From Macrostomum hystrix (lineage: Eukaryota; Animalia; Platyhelminthes): 64,000 nt of DNA. The stretch is from positions 806,001 through 870,000 of the forward strand of contig CATNEN010000005.1 in assembly GCA_950097015.1 (NCBI GenBank). The letters are read 5' to 3'. A program made the position numbers and the translations under genes. Below, piece by piece: positions 50,201-62,200 of the stretch (position 1 is its first letter; each line of letters begins with the position of its first letter). Below the pieces are notes generated by a model that saw only the letters and a program-made list of their open reading frames with translations, searched no databases and was not told the DNA's origin.

Positions 50201-53200
50201 AATTAAAATTATTATTAGCATGTCTGCTAGATTCTCTAGTCAGGATGTCAAGACGTCTCTCTTATGTGTTGGAACTAATTGGAATATTTTCTTGAGTTTT
50301 GAACATATTTTTAGTGTACTGCAGCTGTAATCACAAGATTCGATTCGAAGCCAGGGAATAATTCGCATTTTCGTTCGAACAGATGGCTAGACAAGAACGA
50401 GGATGATGGACAGATTGAACGGGATCTGACTTGGCTGGGATCAATGCTAGACAGTGAGTTCTTCTATTCTATTCTATTGGGATTTCGTTTTTTTGGGATC
50501 ATGTCTAAACAAGCTTCAACCCGCAACACTACCAGAGCTGTCCTACAATGTCTCCGTGAAGACCGGCGACGTCCAAGGTGCAGGTACAGACGCCAACGTG
50601 TTCCTCAGCATCTTCGGCAAGAAAGGCGAGACTGGTGAGCGTCAGCTGCGCGCCTCGGACTCGGCTCTGAACAAATTCGAGAGGAACCGAATCGACATGT
50701 TCAAGATTGAGAGTCCCGACATTGGAGAGGTTTGTAGGGCCTAGCAGAGCGCTGGTTTCAACCTCACCTATAACTATGTTATTATATAAGGGGGGTCGGT
50801 GGCAGAGCGGTTATCGCGTTTGCCTCTCGCACCACGGTCCCTAAGTTCGATTCCACGGCGAGGCCACATTTATTTGGGGCGCAGCCGCGGAGAGAAGGCT
50901 CGGGGGCTTGTCGTGCAATTTACACCCTTGAGGGCCAACCTCCAAGGCACAGTGAGAGTGTACACTGCCTGACGATGAGAAAGTCAGGGCAGATGTACAC
51001 ACCTGTGTGAGCGTATGCCTGCGTTCGGTATCTGTGTGCGTGTGTGCTCAGGAGTCAGCGAAATGAGCAGAATTGCCTCCTCGCTGGCTGCGGGTCTAGT
51101 GTCACCAAATGATGTGCCATTGCCCGCAGCCCGCCTGTAATTATTATTATTATTATTATTATGTTATTATACTCGCATTCAGTCCAGGGACAGCCCACCC
51201 ATCTAAATAATTCTAGCACAGCTCTGGCTGGTTCCCATTTTACAGCTGAGTGAAATAAAGCCACGAGAAATTTAATATATTTCTCAGGACCGCAAATCGT
51301 TTACTTCGGGGTGAGATTCGAACAAATGACCTCTTGGTCAATATTACGACGCTTTAAACACTGAGCTACAAGCTATCCTGTCTTTATCTCTATATAGAAA
51401 ATTTATAGAGAAAATTTAAATCAATTGTATCACTATCAATATGCATTTACCTAACGTGCTGTTTTGAGGGAAAAAGCTAAAGGTATTCAATACTCAAACT
51501 GATATTATTGTGTCTGATGTCTGATGTGTGAAGATGTCTTGATAACATGAGAGAACATGTCTTGATAACCTCTCGTCTGGACATTGTACTTCCGCATATC
51601 GCAGTATTAGCAGACGAAACAATTATCCGATTCATTGTTTTAAGCGTGGAACCTTGACTTATTCAAAGTGAAAGAATGAAAGCAACGCTATGCGGGTATT
51701 GCCAAACATTTAATCGCCTTAAAGCCACGAGAAACAGGTAACTGATCATTATTCTGAGACATTCTTCGACAAGCTATTATAGTTTTTGCTGGCATCAAAA
51801 TATCCAATGCGGTCCATATTTTGATAGCCGCTTGCCCTCTCTCAAATTTGGCGCACTTTAGTGTCAAGAAAAAGCGTTCAGTCTCTCCCAGTGTTATCCC
51901 AAAGCCTGGACCGATGCATTCGTCCCTTCGAGCGTCCTTCAATCGTCCGACTCATTGAAATACGCGCTGTCGTCATCGAGTAGGAGGTCCGATGGTTCCG
52001 TTTCATCGATCAGATTGTTGTCAGGATCGCGCTTGCCGAAGTGCAGTAGTCCAGCACGCTTGCCGAAGTGCAGTAGTCCAGCACGCTTGCCGAAGTGCAG
52101 TAGTCCAGCACGCTTGCCGAAGTGCAGTAGTCCAGCACGCTTGCCAAAGTGCAGTAGTCCAGCCCGCTTACCGAAGTGCAGTAGTCCAGCACGCTTCTTG
52201 CCAAAGTGCAGTAGTCCAGCACGCTTGCCAAAGTGCAGTAGTCCAGCACGCTTGCCAAAGTGCAGTAGTCCAGCACGCTTCTTGCCGAAGTGCAGTAGTC
52301 CAGCACGCTTCTTGCCGAAGTGCAGAAGTCCAGCACGCTTCTTGCCGAAGTGCAGTAGTCCAGCACGCTTCTTGCCGAAGTGCAGTAGTCCAGCACGCTT
52401 CTTGCCGAAGTGCAGTAGTCCAGCACGCTTGCCAAAGTGCAGTAGTCCAGCACGCTTACCGAAGTGCAGTAGTCCAGCACGCTTCTTGCCGAAGTGCAGT
52501 AGTCCAGCACGCTTGCCAAAGTGCAGTAGTCCAGCACGCTTCTCAAATCCCTCGCCATCGGCATCGTCTCCGTCAATGACGACATCAGCTTCGGCGTTGC
52601 TCATCGGAATCACCTCGTTGGCCTGTTGGGCTTGAAGCCAGGACTCAACAGTCGGGCTGTCGGTGACTACCTGGCTCTCTGCCAAGCAGCAGGCACAGAT
52701 GACGGCCAGAAATGTTGCTATCGACATTCGCCACATGGTTGCCAATGCTATTGCAAAATAATCTGAAAAAAGACAAAAATTGTGCATAGGTACGGAACAA
52801 AAAATGTGCTTCTTACATAATAGGGCTAATCAGTTTGACGCGTACCTATAGACAAACGACTTCTCGATAAGCAGTGAGTTTTCGGAATAAAAATTAGGTT
52901 TAGGAACTCCAGGGGGAGCTTGATTCGCGGCTGACAGTGAGAAGAAATTTTGCCAGTTAAAGGCGCCGCCACTTTTATATTTGCAGCTTTGAGTTCTATA
53001 AGGCAGCTGCTGATTGGTTGCTTGTCCATAAACTGACCCGCTCAGTCTGCGATGTCATCGATTGGATCTAGCCTAGCCTAGCCCTGGAGGAGACCCAGGA
53101 GCAAATATGTGAAATTATTTTAGTTAAAGGCTTTAGTTAGGCGAAAATGGATTCAACACACGTTTTCACTCTCTTTGACTTACTCCGCAACCTAGTCGTT

Positions 53201-56200
53201 TTTTTCACATTTTATTGATGGACTAATGAAAAAATATTGAGCATAGTTGTGCAGTAAGCCCACGAGGAACTGCTTAAACAGTCATTTTCTTCAGTACATT
53301 TGCTCTTAAATAGGACCGTAAACTGTGTTTAATTTAAAAGTGCTCATAACAGAAATAGATTAAACACCATCTTTTATTTAATCACAGTTAGCTTTTGCAA
53401 TATCTGGACCGATTATTATATTACGAGTACTTTATATGTGAAAAAAATTACGTAGGAGTTTATGATTTCACATCAACTTGAGAATAAAACTGTAGGACAT
53501 TGTTTAGTTCCCGTTCAAAAATCCAAAAAGAGTCTTGGTTCTCTACGATGACCGTAACTAAATGAAAGCAATCATTTTTCTGAGATCATAAAGATCTGGC
53601 CTCCTGGGACTCAAATTAAATTAAAATTCTTAAAAAGTAAGTCATGCGCTTAAAAAATCAAATCAACCGCCATTTATTATCGAGTGCTAAAATGGCAAAC
53701 CCTTTCTCGCGGGCAATCACGTGACAACTGTCCTTGTGTGAGTGCTAAAAATAGCAATCACGTGACAACTGTCCTTGTGTGAGTGCTAAAAATAGCAATC
53801 ACGTGACAACTGTCCTTGTGTCAGTGCTAGAAATGGTAAACCATTTCTCGCGGGCAGTCACGTGACAACTGTCCTTGTGTGAGTGCTAAAAATAGCAATC
53901 ACGTGACAACTGTCCTTGTGTCAGTGCTAGAAATGGTAAACCATTTCTCGTGGGCAATCACGTGACAACTGTCCTTGTGTCAGTGCTAAAAATAGCAATC
54001 ACGTGACAACTGTCCCTGTGTCAGTGCTAGAAATGGCAAACCCTTTCTCGCGGGCAATTACGTGACAACTGTCCCTGTGTCAGTGCTAGAAATGGTAAAC
54101 CATTTCTCGCGGGCAATCACGTGACAACTGTCCTTGTGTCAGTGCTAGAAATGGTAAACCATTTCTCGCGGGCAATCACGTGACAACTGTCCTTGTGTCA
54201 GTGCTAGAAATGGTAAACCATTTCTCGCGGGCAATCACGTGACAACTGTCCTTGTGTCAGTGCTAGAAATGGTAAACCATTTCTCGCGGGCAATCACGTG
54301 ACAACTGTCCTTGTGTCAGTGCTAGAAATGGTAAACCATTTCTCGTGGGCAGTCACGTGACAACTGTCCTTGTGTCAGTGCTAGAAATGGTAAACCATTT
54401 CTCGCGGGCAATCACGTGACAACTGTCCTTGTGTCAGTGCTAGAAATGGTAAACCATTTCTCGCGGGCAGTCACGTGACAACTGTCCTTGTGTGAGTGCT
54501 AAAAATAGCAATCACGTGACAACTGTCATCGTGTGAGTGCTTGAAATATATCTTGAGATATAGGAATCACATGCCAAAAATAAATCTTGCAAACATACAC
54601 GTACAGAAATAAATGCAATCTGTTTTCTCACAGCTCGAGCGTATCAGAATTCGTCACGATGGCAAACTAGCCAACTCCGGCTGGTTCCTGGACTGGGTAC
54701 GCATAGCGGTACCCTCCCAGGGCAAGCAGTACTTGTTCGCGGCGCACCGCTGGCTGGATACTAATGAGGCCGACAGAAAGCTCGAGATTGACATCGATTG
54801 TAGCGAAGTCATGGATATAGAAAGAAGTGAGTTGATCGAAACGTAACTGCGATGTTAATTTAAATAAACTTTACTTATTTCCACGAAAGGGTCATTGTCA
54901 AAAAAGGTTAAAAAATTAAGAGTTTCGAATGAAGTTAAGAAAGGACAAAATCGATTCAAATCTCACTTTCTTTCGCAGCCATTCCGTACGAGATCATCGT
55001 TCGCACTGGCGACTGCAAAGGTGCCGGAACTGATGCGGCTGTATTCGTTCAAATCTACGGCGAGGACGGCCTAAAAACCGACCAGACATTGCTTCGCTCT
55101 CGATCGGACAACTTCGAACAGGGCAAGGAGGACCGGTTCAAGTTGGACCTAATCGACGTCGGACCAATACAGAAGATACGCATTGGGCATGATGGTACTG
55201 GAATTGGCGACGGCTGGTTCCTCGATAATGTCCTTATCAGGCGGCACGCACTGCGAGGTTCTCGCCGCTTGAAGCTTAATCGGCAGTCCAGCTCGCAGTC
55301 TCGCAACCGGTCCGTGTCTTTGGCGCAGCCACCACTGGCCAACCGAAGAAAGTCCACTGTGGCGGCTTCCGGCGCTGGCGTCTTTAGACAGGAAGTCCAC
55401 GACGATGATGATGACGAAGATGAAGACGGCGTAGTGGATCTCGATTCTGATGATGTCGGCGGTCGGGGACAGCGTCGATCTCTACGACCGGCGTCGGCCA
55501 AGAAGCGACAGCCTCAGCGCCGAAGTTCGTCTCCCGCTGGCGCAGCTGGCGGTGCCAGGTCGCGCTCCCGATCACCATACGATGAAGATGATGACCTTCA
55601 TCTAGCAATTAGTGATGAAAATGATGACTACGAGATGACTGTCCGTGACCGGCGCAGACGGTCCTCAGCCAGATCGCAAAGTCCGAAGAGTCCCAGGCCT
55701 CGACGTCGGGTTAGTCGCGGCAGAATGGGCTTCGAAGGTGAAGATGACGATGACGATATCGATTTAGAAGAAAGAGATGATCTAGCCTCATCGAGAAGCG
55801 ATCGCCTACGTCGGCCATCCTCTTCTGTTGGCAATCGTCGACGATCATCTGCGAAGCAGGCACCTTTGGGAACTAGCGGATATCGAAAGAGTTTTAATGA
55901 TAATGATCTAGACGATGACGATGATGACGACTTGCCATCGTCGTCACGCGCCAGCCAACGTCCGTCTTCTTCACTCGGCCGACGATACTCGGCTCGACCA
56001 TCACGTGCCACTGTCGCATCTTCAGATGATAACGACCTAGACATAGACGACGATGATGGTAAGGCTAGTCGTCGTTCGTCGACCAGGACTGGCAGCGACA
56101 TGCGCAGACGCCGCGCTAACTCAATGATGCCCCTGGGTGACCGTCAGCGCAGTCTTTGGCGAGTCGATGAGGAATCCGAAGGTGGCCGCTCCTTTGATGA

Positions 56201-59200
56201 TGCTGGCTTCGATGATCCTGAGACCGAGTCGCTGACTTCCGCGCGTGCTTTGGAAGCCCGCGGAAGATCGAGCTCTGTAGTGTCGCCGTCGGGTATTGGC
56301 TCGCATCGGCGATCCACCGTCGCTTCGGCTAAATCAGCGGGAAGCAGCGCAGCCGGATCGCGTCGACCAACACTCAAACGTAGCGGCAGCGGAGGTGCCG
56401 ATGGCTCGTTCGATGCAGCATCGTCAGATGGTTTCGACGGCTGGTCGATAGTAACAGCAGAGGAAGAGATTGAGGAGTATTGGTTCTTCTGTAATCGTTG
56501 GCTAGCCAAGGATGAAGATGATAAGCTGATTGTTCGCGAGCTGCTTCCGACTACAAAGGATGGAAAACCGCTCTCGCGTTTGTCGGAAATAGTGTACGAG
56601 GTTCGAGTGAAGACCGGTGACAAGCTTGGAGCCGGAACGGACGCCAACGTGTTCATCACGCTGTTTGGCGCCGAGTCAGACTCGGGCGAGCGGCAACTTA
56701 GCAACAGTGAGACGCATCGGAATAAATTCGAGAACAACAACGAGGACGTCTTCCGGCTGAAGGCTATCGACTTAGGCGAGCTACGAAAAGTGAAAATCCG
56801 GCACGATGACAAAGGCGGCGGGGCGGACTGGTACTTGGATCACGTGATAGTGGTCGATCCCAATTCCAAGAAGGAGTACTATTTCCCGTGCAACAAGTGG
56901 CTGTCCACCAGCAAAGACGGTGGGCACATCTCTCGGGATCTGATTGCGGTGGACAAGTCGCACATGGGCAAGGATGTCAACGAGAACTTAAAGCTGGAGA
57001 AGAAAGGTGAGGTGGAACACATTAAAATGTTTTCAAGCTCATTTCAATTACAATATCGAGGACTTGATATTTTCAGCACAATGTTTTATATTTGCTGTAT
57101 GGATATTTCATTATATGATTTCAGACTTGTACGGAGGTTGATGTACCAAGTCCCAAAACTAAAATTTTCGGCGAGGTCAAATTCAATTAGGGGGCTCATT
57201 GTGCAACTTACGCCTATGACGTCCAACCCCGAGAAGCACAGAGAAAATGTTCACTGCCTGACAGTGAACATTTCAGTACAGGTCCACCTGAAAATATTAT
57301 AATAATTTGTATTAAAATACAAAATACATATTGATAATTATTATCTGCGTCCTATATTTTCTAGTTTAAGAACTTTGTGAATGTATCTTCTTCCAGAAAT
57401 TTATTGCAGCGCCAGCTGCAAAAGTAATAGCAACATCCTCTTCATCAGAAACAGCAGCAGCAGCAGCATTTTGAGTAGTAGCAGCAGCAAAGACAGTTGT
57501 ACAAGTAATTTCATAGATTTTCGCCGAAAAGCAGTCGTTCTCAGTCCTGATGCTTCACCATTCCCAGAGCTTGTTTTTTGTGTTCGTTTCTCCAAACGCA
57601 TAATTGAAGAGGATGTTGTTATCACAATCATTACAATCATCGTACTTAACAAAAATAGCTCGTTATTTGCAATTTTGTGCCATCCCCTTGTACTAATTTA
57701 TAGCATATTGATCATGAAAGTTTAGATTGAAAATTATTGGTGCTTAGATTAACCTTAGACAAATAGCTTAATCCAATTGAATGATGTTGTAACGGGGGTG
57801 GGTGGCTGCTAGTATTCAACAATCAGTATTTTTTAATTTGTGATGAGGCCTCATTTATTAGAGCTCTGCTTGTTTGTTGTGTGATATACGATCGAGCTAC
57901 GTCCTTGATCGCCTGACAATGAAAATGTTTGGACAGATGCACACTATATGTGCGTGTGTGCTCAGGAGTCAGCGTAATAAACGGAATTACCACTACTATT
58001 ATAAAACGATGTGTCAGAGCCAATAATGTTAAATAATGTTAAAATTATTAAGAAACTGTGTCGCAGTTTCTGATCTCAGGCACATGTAACTAATCTTGAA
58101 TTTCTTTCCAACACATGCGACGCCGAGCAGCTTTCTCGGACACCTATCACATCAAGGTGTACACTGGTGACGTCAGCGGCGCCGGTACGGACGCTAATTG
58201 TCACCTTGTCCTCTTCGGCGACAGCGGCGACAGCGGCGTAGTGCCGCTACAGCGCAGCAAGACCCACACCAACAAGTTTGAGCGAGGCAACTGCGACGAG
58301 TTCGAGATTGAACTGGTGGACATTGGCGAGCTGCGCAAGCTGAAAATCGGGCACGACAATGCCAATCCTAGGCCCGATTGGTATCTTGAGAAGGTGGAGA
58401 TCGACTGTCCAAGGTTGGGCATGTCGTGGGTGTTCCCTTGCGGCGAGTGGATCGGAAAAAGCAAGGGCGACGGTCAGCTAGAGAAGACACTCTATCCTCT
58501 GCAGGGAGCTACGAAGGTCTACGCAAATCGTGAGTGTCTCGTGTTTTTTTTACTTTTGAGTCGATTTGAAGGTCGGGGTTTCGAATGCCGGAACAATTTT
58601 TGTCCTTTAGCAACACACTTGTGCCTTTAACTTAGCTGGTGTAACTGAGAGTGTGTGTTGGCATTCTTTCAGTCCATGGACTGAACAGCCGTACGCAGCC
58701 TTCAGATGCATCGCGCAATAGCTGCGACTTAGCAATCGGCTGCAAATCGGGTCCAATTTAGGCAGGTGTAGCCAATTATTCAAAGTAAAAATTTGCTCAA
58801 AAAAGCCCTAGCCCTGTGTAGTAGGTGTTTTCTGATAAGTTAACAACTAGCAACCAAGACCCCCTTTGGGAGAAGAAAATCAGGCTTTGCAGCTTTGCAG
58901 TTTGTAAGTTTGCTCGTATTTTCTTATATTTCTGAATCTAAAAACGCTGGCAGAAATGCTCGAAAATTTCCTCAGTTTTGTACCGAATTAAGCTTGCTGC
59001 TGCACTCGAAAAAATTCCTATTACCAGTTAGTTGTGCCCAAAAAACTATTTAAAAAAATAAACTTTTACGAATTACAAACTCGTACTTACTTTTTTAATG
59101 TTGATGATAGAAGATTACAAAAAAAGAAGCAGTAGCGGATGCTGAAAATTGACGTGCATTCTGTAAAACAAAGGCACCGATAAACCTCGGAGCTAGACTA

Positions 59201-62200
59201 AAAGAAAGCGGCACAATGATTGAAGTCGTGATCCTTTGACTATACATCAATACATCATGCTACCCCTCGATTAACCATGCGACCCTCTCGTAAAATAATG
59301 CTACCCCTCGATAATTTATGCAAGCCAGTTGATAAATTATTTTAACCCGTTGATAATTTATGCTCCCACTCGATAAGTCATGCTTCCCCTCGATAAGTCA
59401 TTCTTCCCCTCGATAATTCATGCTTCCCCTCGATAATTCATGCTTCCCCTCGATAATTCATGCTTCCCCTCGATAATTCATGCTTCCCCTCGATAAGTCA
59501 TGCTTCCCCTCGATAATTCATGCTTCCCCTCGATAATTCATGCTTCCCCTCGATAATTCATGCTTCCCCTCGATAATTCATGCTTCCCCTCGATAATTCA
59601 TGATTCCCCTCGATAATTCATGCTTCCCCTCGATAATTCATGCTTCCCCTCGATAAGTCATGCTTCCCCTCGATAATTCATGCTTCCCCTCGATAATTCA
59701 TGCTTCCACTCGATAACTCATGCTTCCACATCAATTATTAATGCAATCCCCTGGAAATCTCATTCTTTTCTCCTGGAAATCTAATTCTTTTCTTCATAAA
59801 TCGAATGTCATTTACTTAAAACCTTGCCCTTCTCCCCGGAAATCTCATGCTTTCCCCTAGAAATATGATGCTTTCCTTCATAAACCTCATGCCATTCACC
59901 TAACACTAGATGTTATCCATTGATATGACTTTATAGAGTTATATTCTTAACTTTCATATCATAACTTTAACTTTCAACTATCATCACTATCATTCCTTTG
60001 TTGAAATCTCTGAATATGGAGAAAATAGTGCTAGCTGCTATGCTCAAAAAACGTTTAATTAAAAAAATAATAAGGCAATTTAGTACCCTCAAAACCGCAC
60101 TGGGCAAAAAAAATTTCAGCTAGGCGTAGAGAGAAAGCATGATGTAACCATAACAGATCTCAATTCAATTGGAAGGCAGGAAGGTTCACACGCACATAGA
60201 TGCGCATGCATTTTTTGCCTATGCAGAAAAGATGGTACGAGCTCGTAAGATAATAAATGAAGCATTTATTTTAAGCAACACCAACGGGTGAAAATTTCAA
60301 ATCACTTTAGCAAAATCCGGTTAAAAATGGTCCAGGCGTTCAGTTTAAAATGTGAAACATGCGGACAGACAGACAGACAGGCAGAAACATGCAGATTTAT
60401 GGTTCTGCTATTTATCTTCGAATAATCTCCAGTAAGCTTCCTTTTGAAAGCTAACATCAAGTCTCCAAGGCACAGTGAGAGTAAGAGATGTACAGTATCT
60501 GTGTGCGTGTGAGTCAGCGGATTGGGCCTCCTCGCTGGCGGCGGGTCTACTGTCACCAAATGATGTTCTGCTGCCCACAGACGTCCTGCAACTATCATCA
60601 CTAGGTGAATTATTATTATTCGCCTAACTTTGAGTTGTTATCGAGCTCATTGTACAAATGTAAAACATACAACCAATATTGCATTGATGTGGGCGTTGAC
60701 TGCCAGCTAAAATTACACATTTAGCGGTCGCAGAAAACCTCAGAAACCTGTCAAATAAAGGTCTCCTAGAAGACCCTGCTGCAAGTTTGATTCTTCGTTT
60801 GAAACTGACCACACCTTTAGTAATATTTGTATGCGTTTTAAACCGAATGTTGCTGGATGAGTGAATTAAGCCTCTGAGAATAACGGCGTCACAAATAGCC
60901 GGTCAACGCCCTGCCAAATGATCTCTGAGTGAAGATGATGCGTCAATGTAGAGCAGGTTGTAGAGCTTGTTGAGTGAGGGGTGTTGTATGCTGCAGGAAG
61001 CGACGCAATTGTAACAATGGACGAGTGATCTGGAAATTTCTATGACTTCCACGACACGAGGAAGAGAGAAGGGAGGTGAGATGGTTGTGGGCGTGAGCCT
61101 CATAAAGGACTCGGGATCTGGTCGTTGGGCAATTTCCTGTTGGGTCGATTTAGTCGGCGCGGGCGGCGGAGTCAAACAGAATGCCTTAGATCGATTTCTT
61201 TATCTCTTTGCATCCATTTAATCCAGCGGGAATCATTCTTGTGTTCATTTTTTCAATGCATTCTTGGCCAAGGGTCCGAATCTCACGCGCCTCTTTTGTT
61301 ACTGAAAATACAACGACAAGTTCTATTTTCTATACATGCGCGCCAGACAATTTGGTGGAATTGAGTTCGCTTGTTCGTGAATTTTGCGTTTAGTATTGTT
61401 GCCAACACGATTTGATTGTGAATCAATGCCTTGCAGACATGTCTGTGAAGCTGTTTTATCTGTCTGTCTGTTAGACTGTGCGCCATTTTTATCCTGATCG
61501 ATGCCTATTGTGCGGCTGAGAATGTCTGGGTCGAATGCAAAAATTTTAGACTGTGAGAAAGATAGAGGTTGTGGAACACGAGAAAGAGGGAGGTTGTGGA
61601 ACACGAGAAAGAGGGAGGTTGTGGAACACGAGAAAGAGGGAGGTTGTGGAACACGAGAAAGATAGAGGTTGTGGAACACGAGAAAGAGGGAGGTTGTGGA
61701 ACACGAGAAAGATAGAGGTTGTGGAACACGAGAAAGAGGGAGGTTGTGGAACACGAGAAAGAGGGAGGTTGTGGAACACGAGAAAGAGGGAGGTTGTGGA
61801 ACACGAGAGAGAGGGAGGTTGAGGAACACGAGAAAGAGGGAGGTTGAGGAACACGAGAAAGAGGGAGGTTGTGGAACACGAGAAAGAGGGAGGTTGTGGA
61901 ACACGAGAAAGAGGGAGGTTGTGGAACACGAGAGAGAGGGAGGTTGAGGAACACGAGAAAGAGGGAGGTTGAGGAACACGAGAAAGAGGGAGGTTGTGGA
62001 ACACGAGAAAGAGGGAGGTTGTGGAACATGAGAAAGATGAAGACTGGGGAACATGAGAAAGATGAAGACTGGGGAACATGAGAAAGATGAAGACTGGGGA
62101 ACATGAGAAAGATGAAGACTGGGGAACATGAGAAAGATGAAGACTGGGGAACATGAGAAAGATGAAGACTGGGGAACACGAGAAAGATGAAGACTGGGGA

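Noticed and set aside
52737-52787. Upstream extension MHNFCLFSDYFAIALAT of the neuropeptide ORF
   Set aside because: It runs through a predicted intron acceptor, and the signal peptide fits the ATG at 52736.
57007-57725. ORF tail after exon 12 and the CAG-rich ORFs at 57381-57725
   Set aside because: A strong GTGAG donor at 57007 phases correctly with exon 13, and the downstream text is low-complexity with no domain. An alternative terminal exon is not supported without RNA data.
60903-61175. 90-aa minus-strand ORF
   Set aside because: It has no recognisable motif or gene context and may be a decayed transposon fragment.
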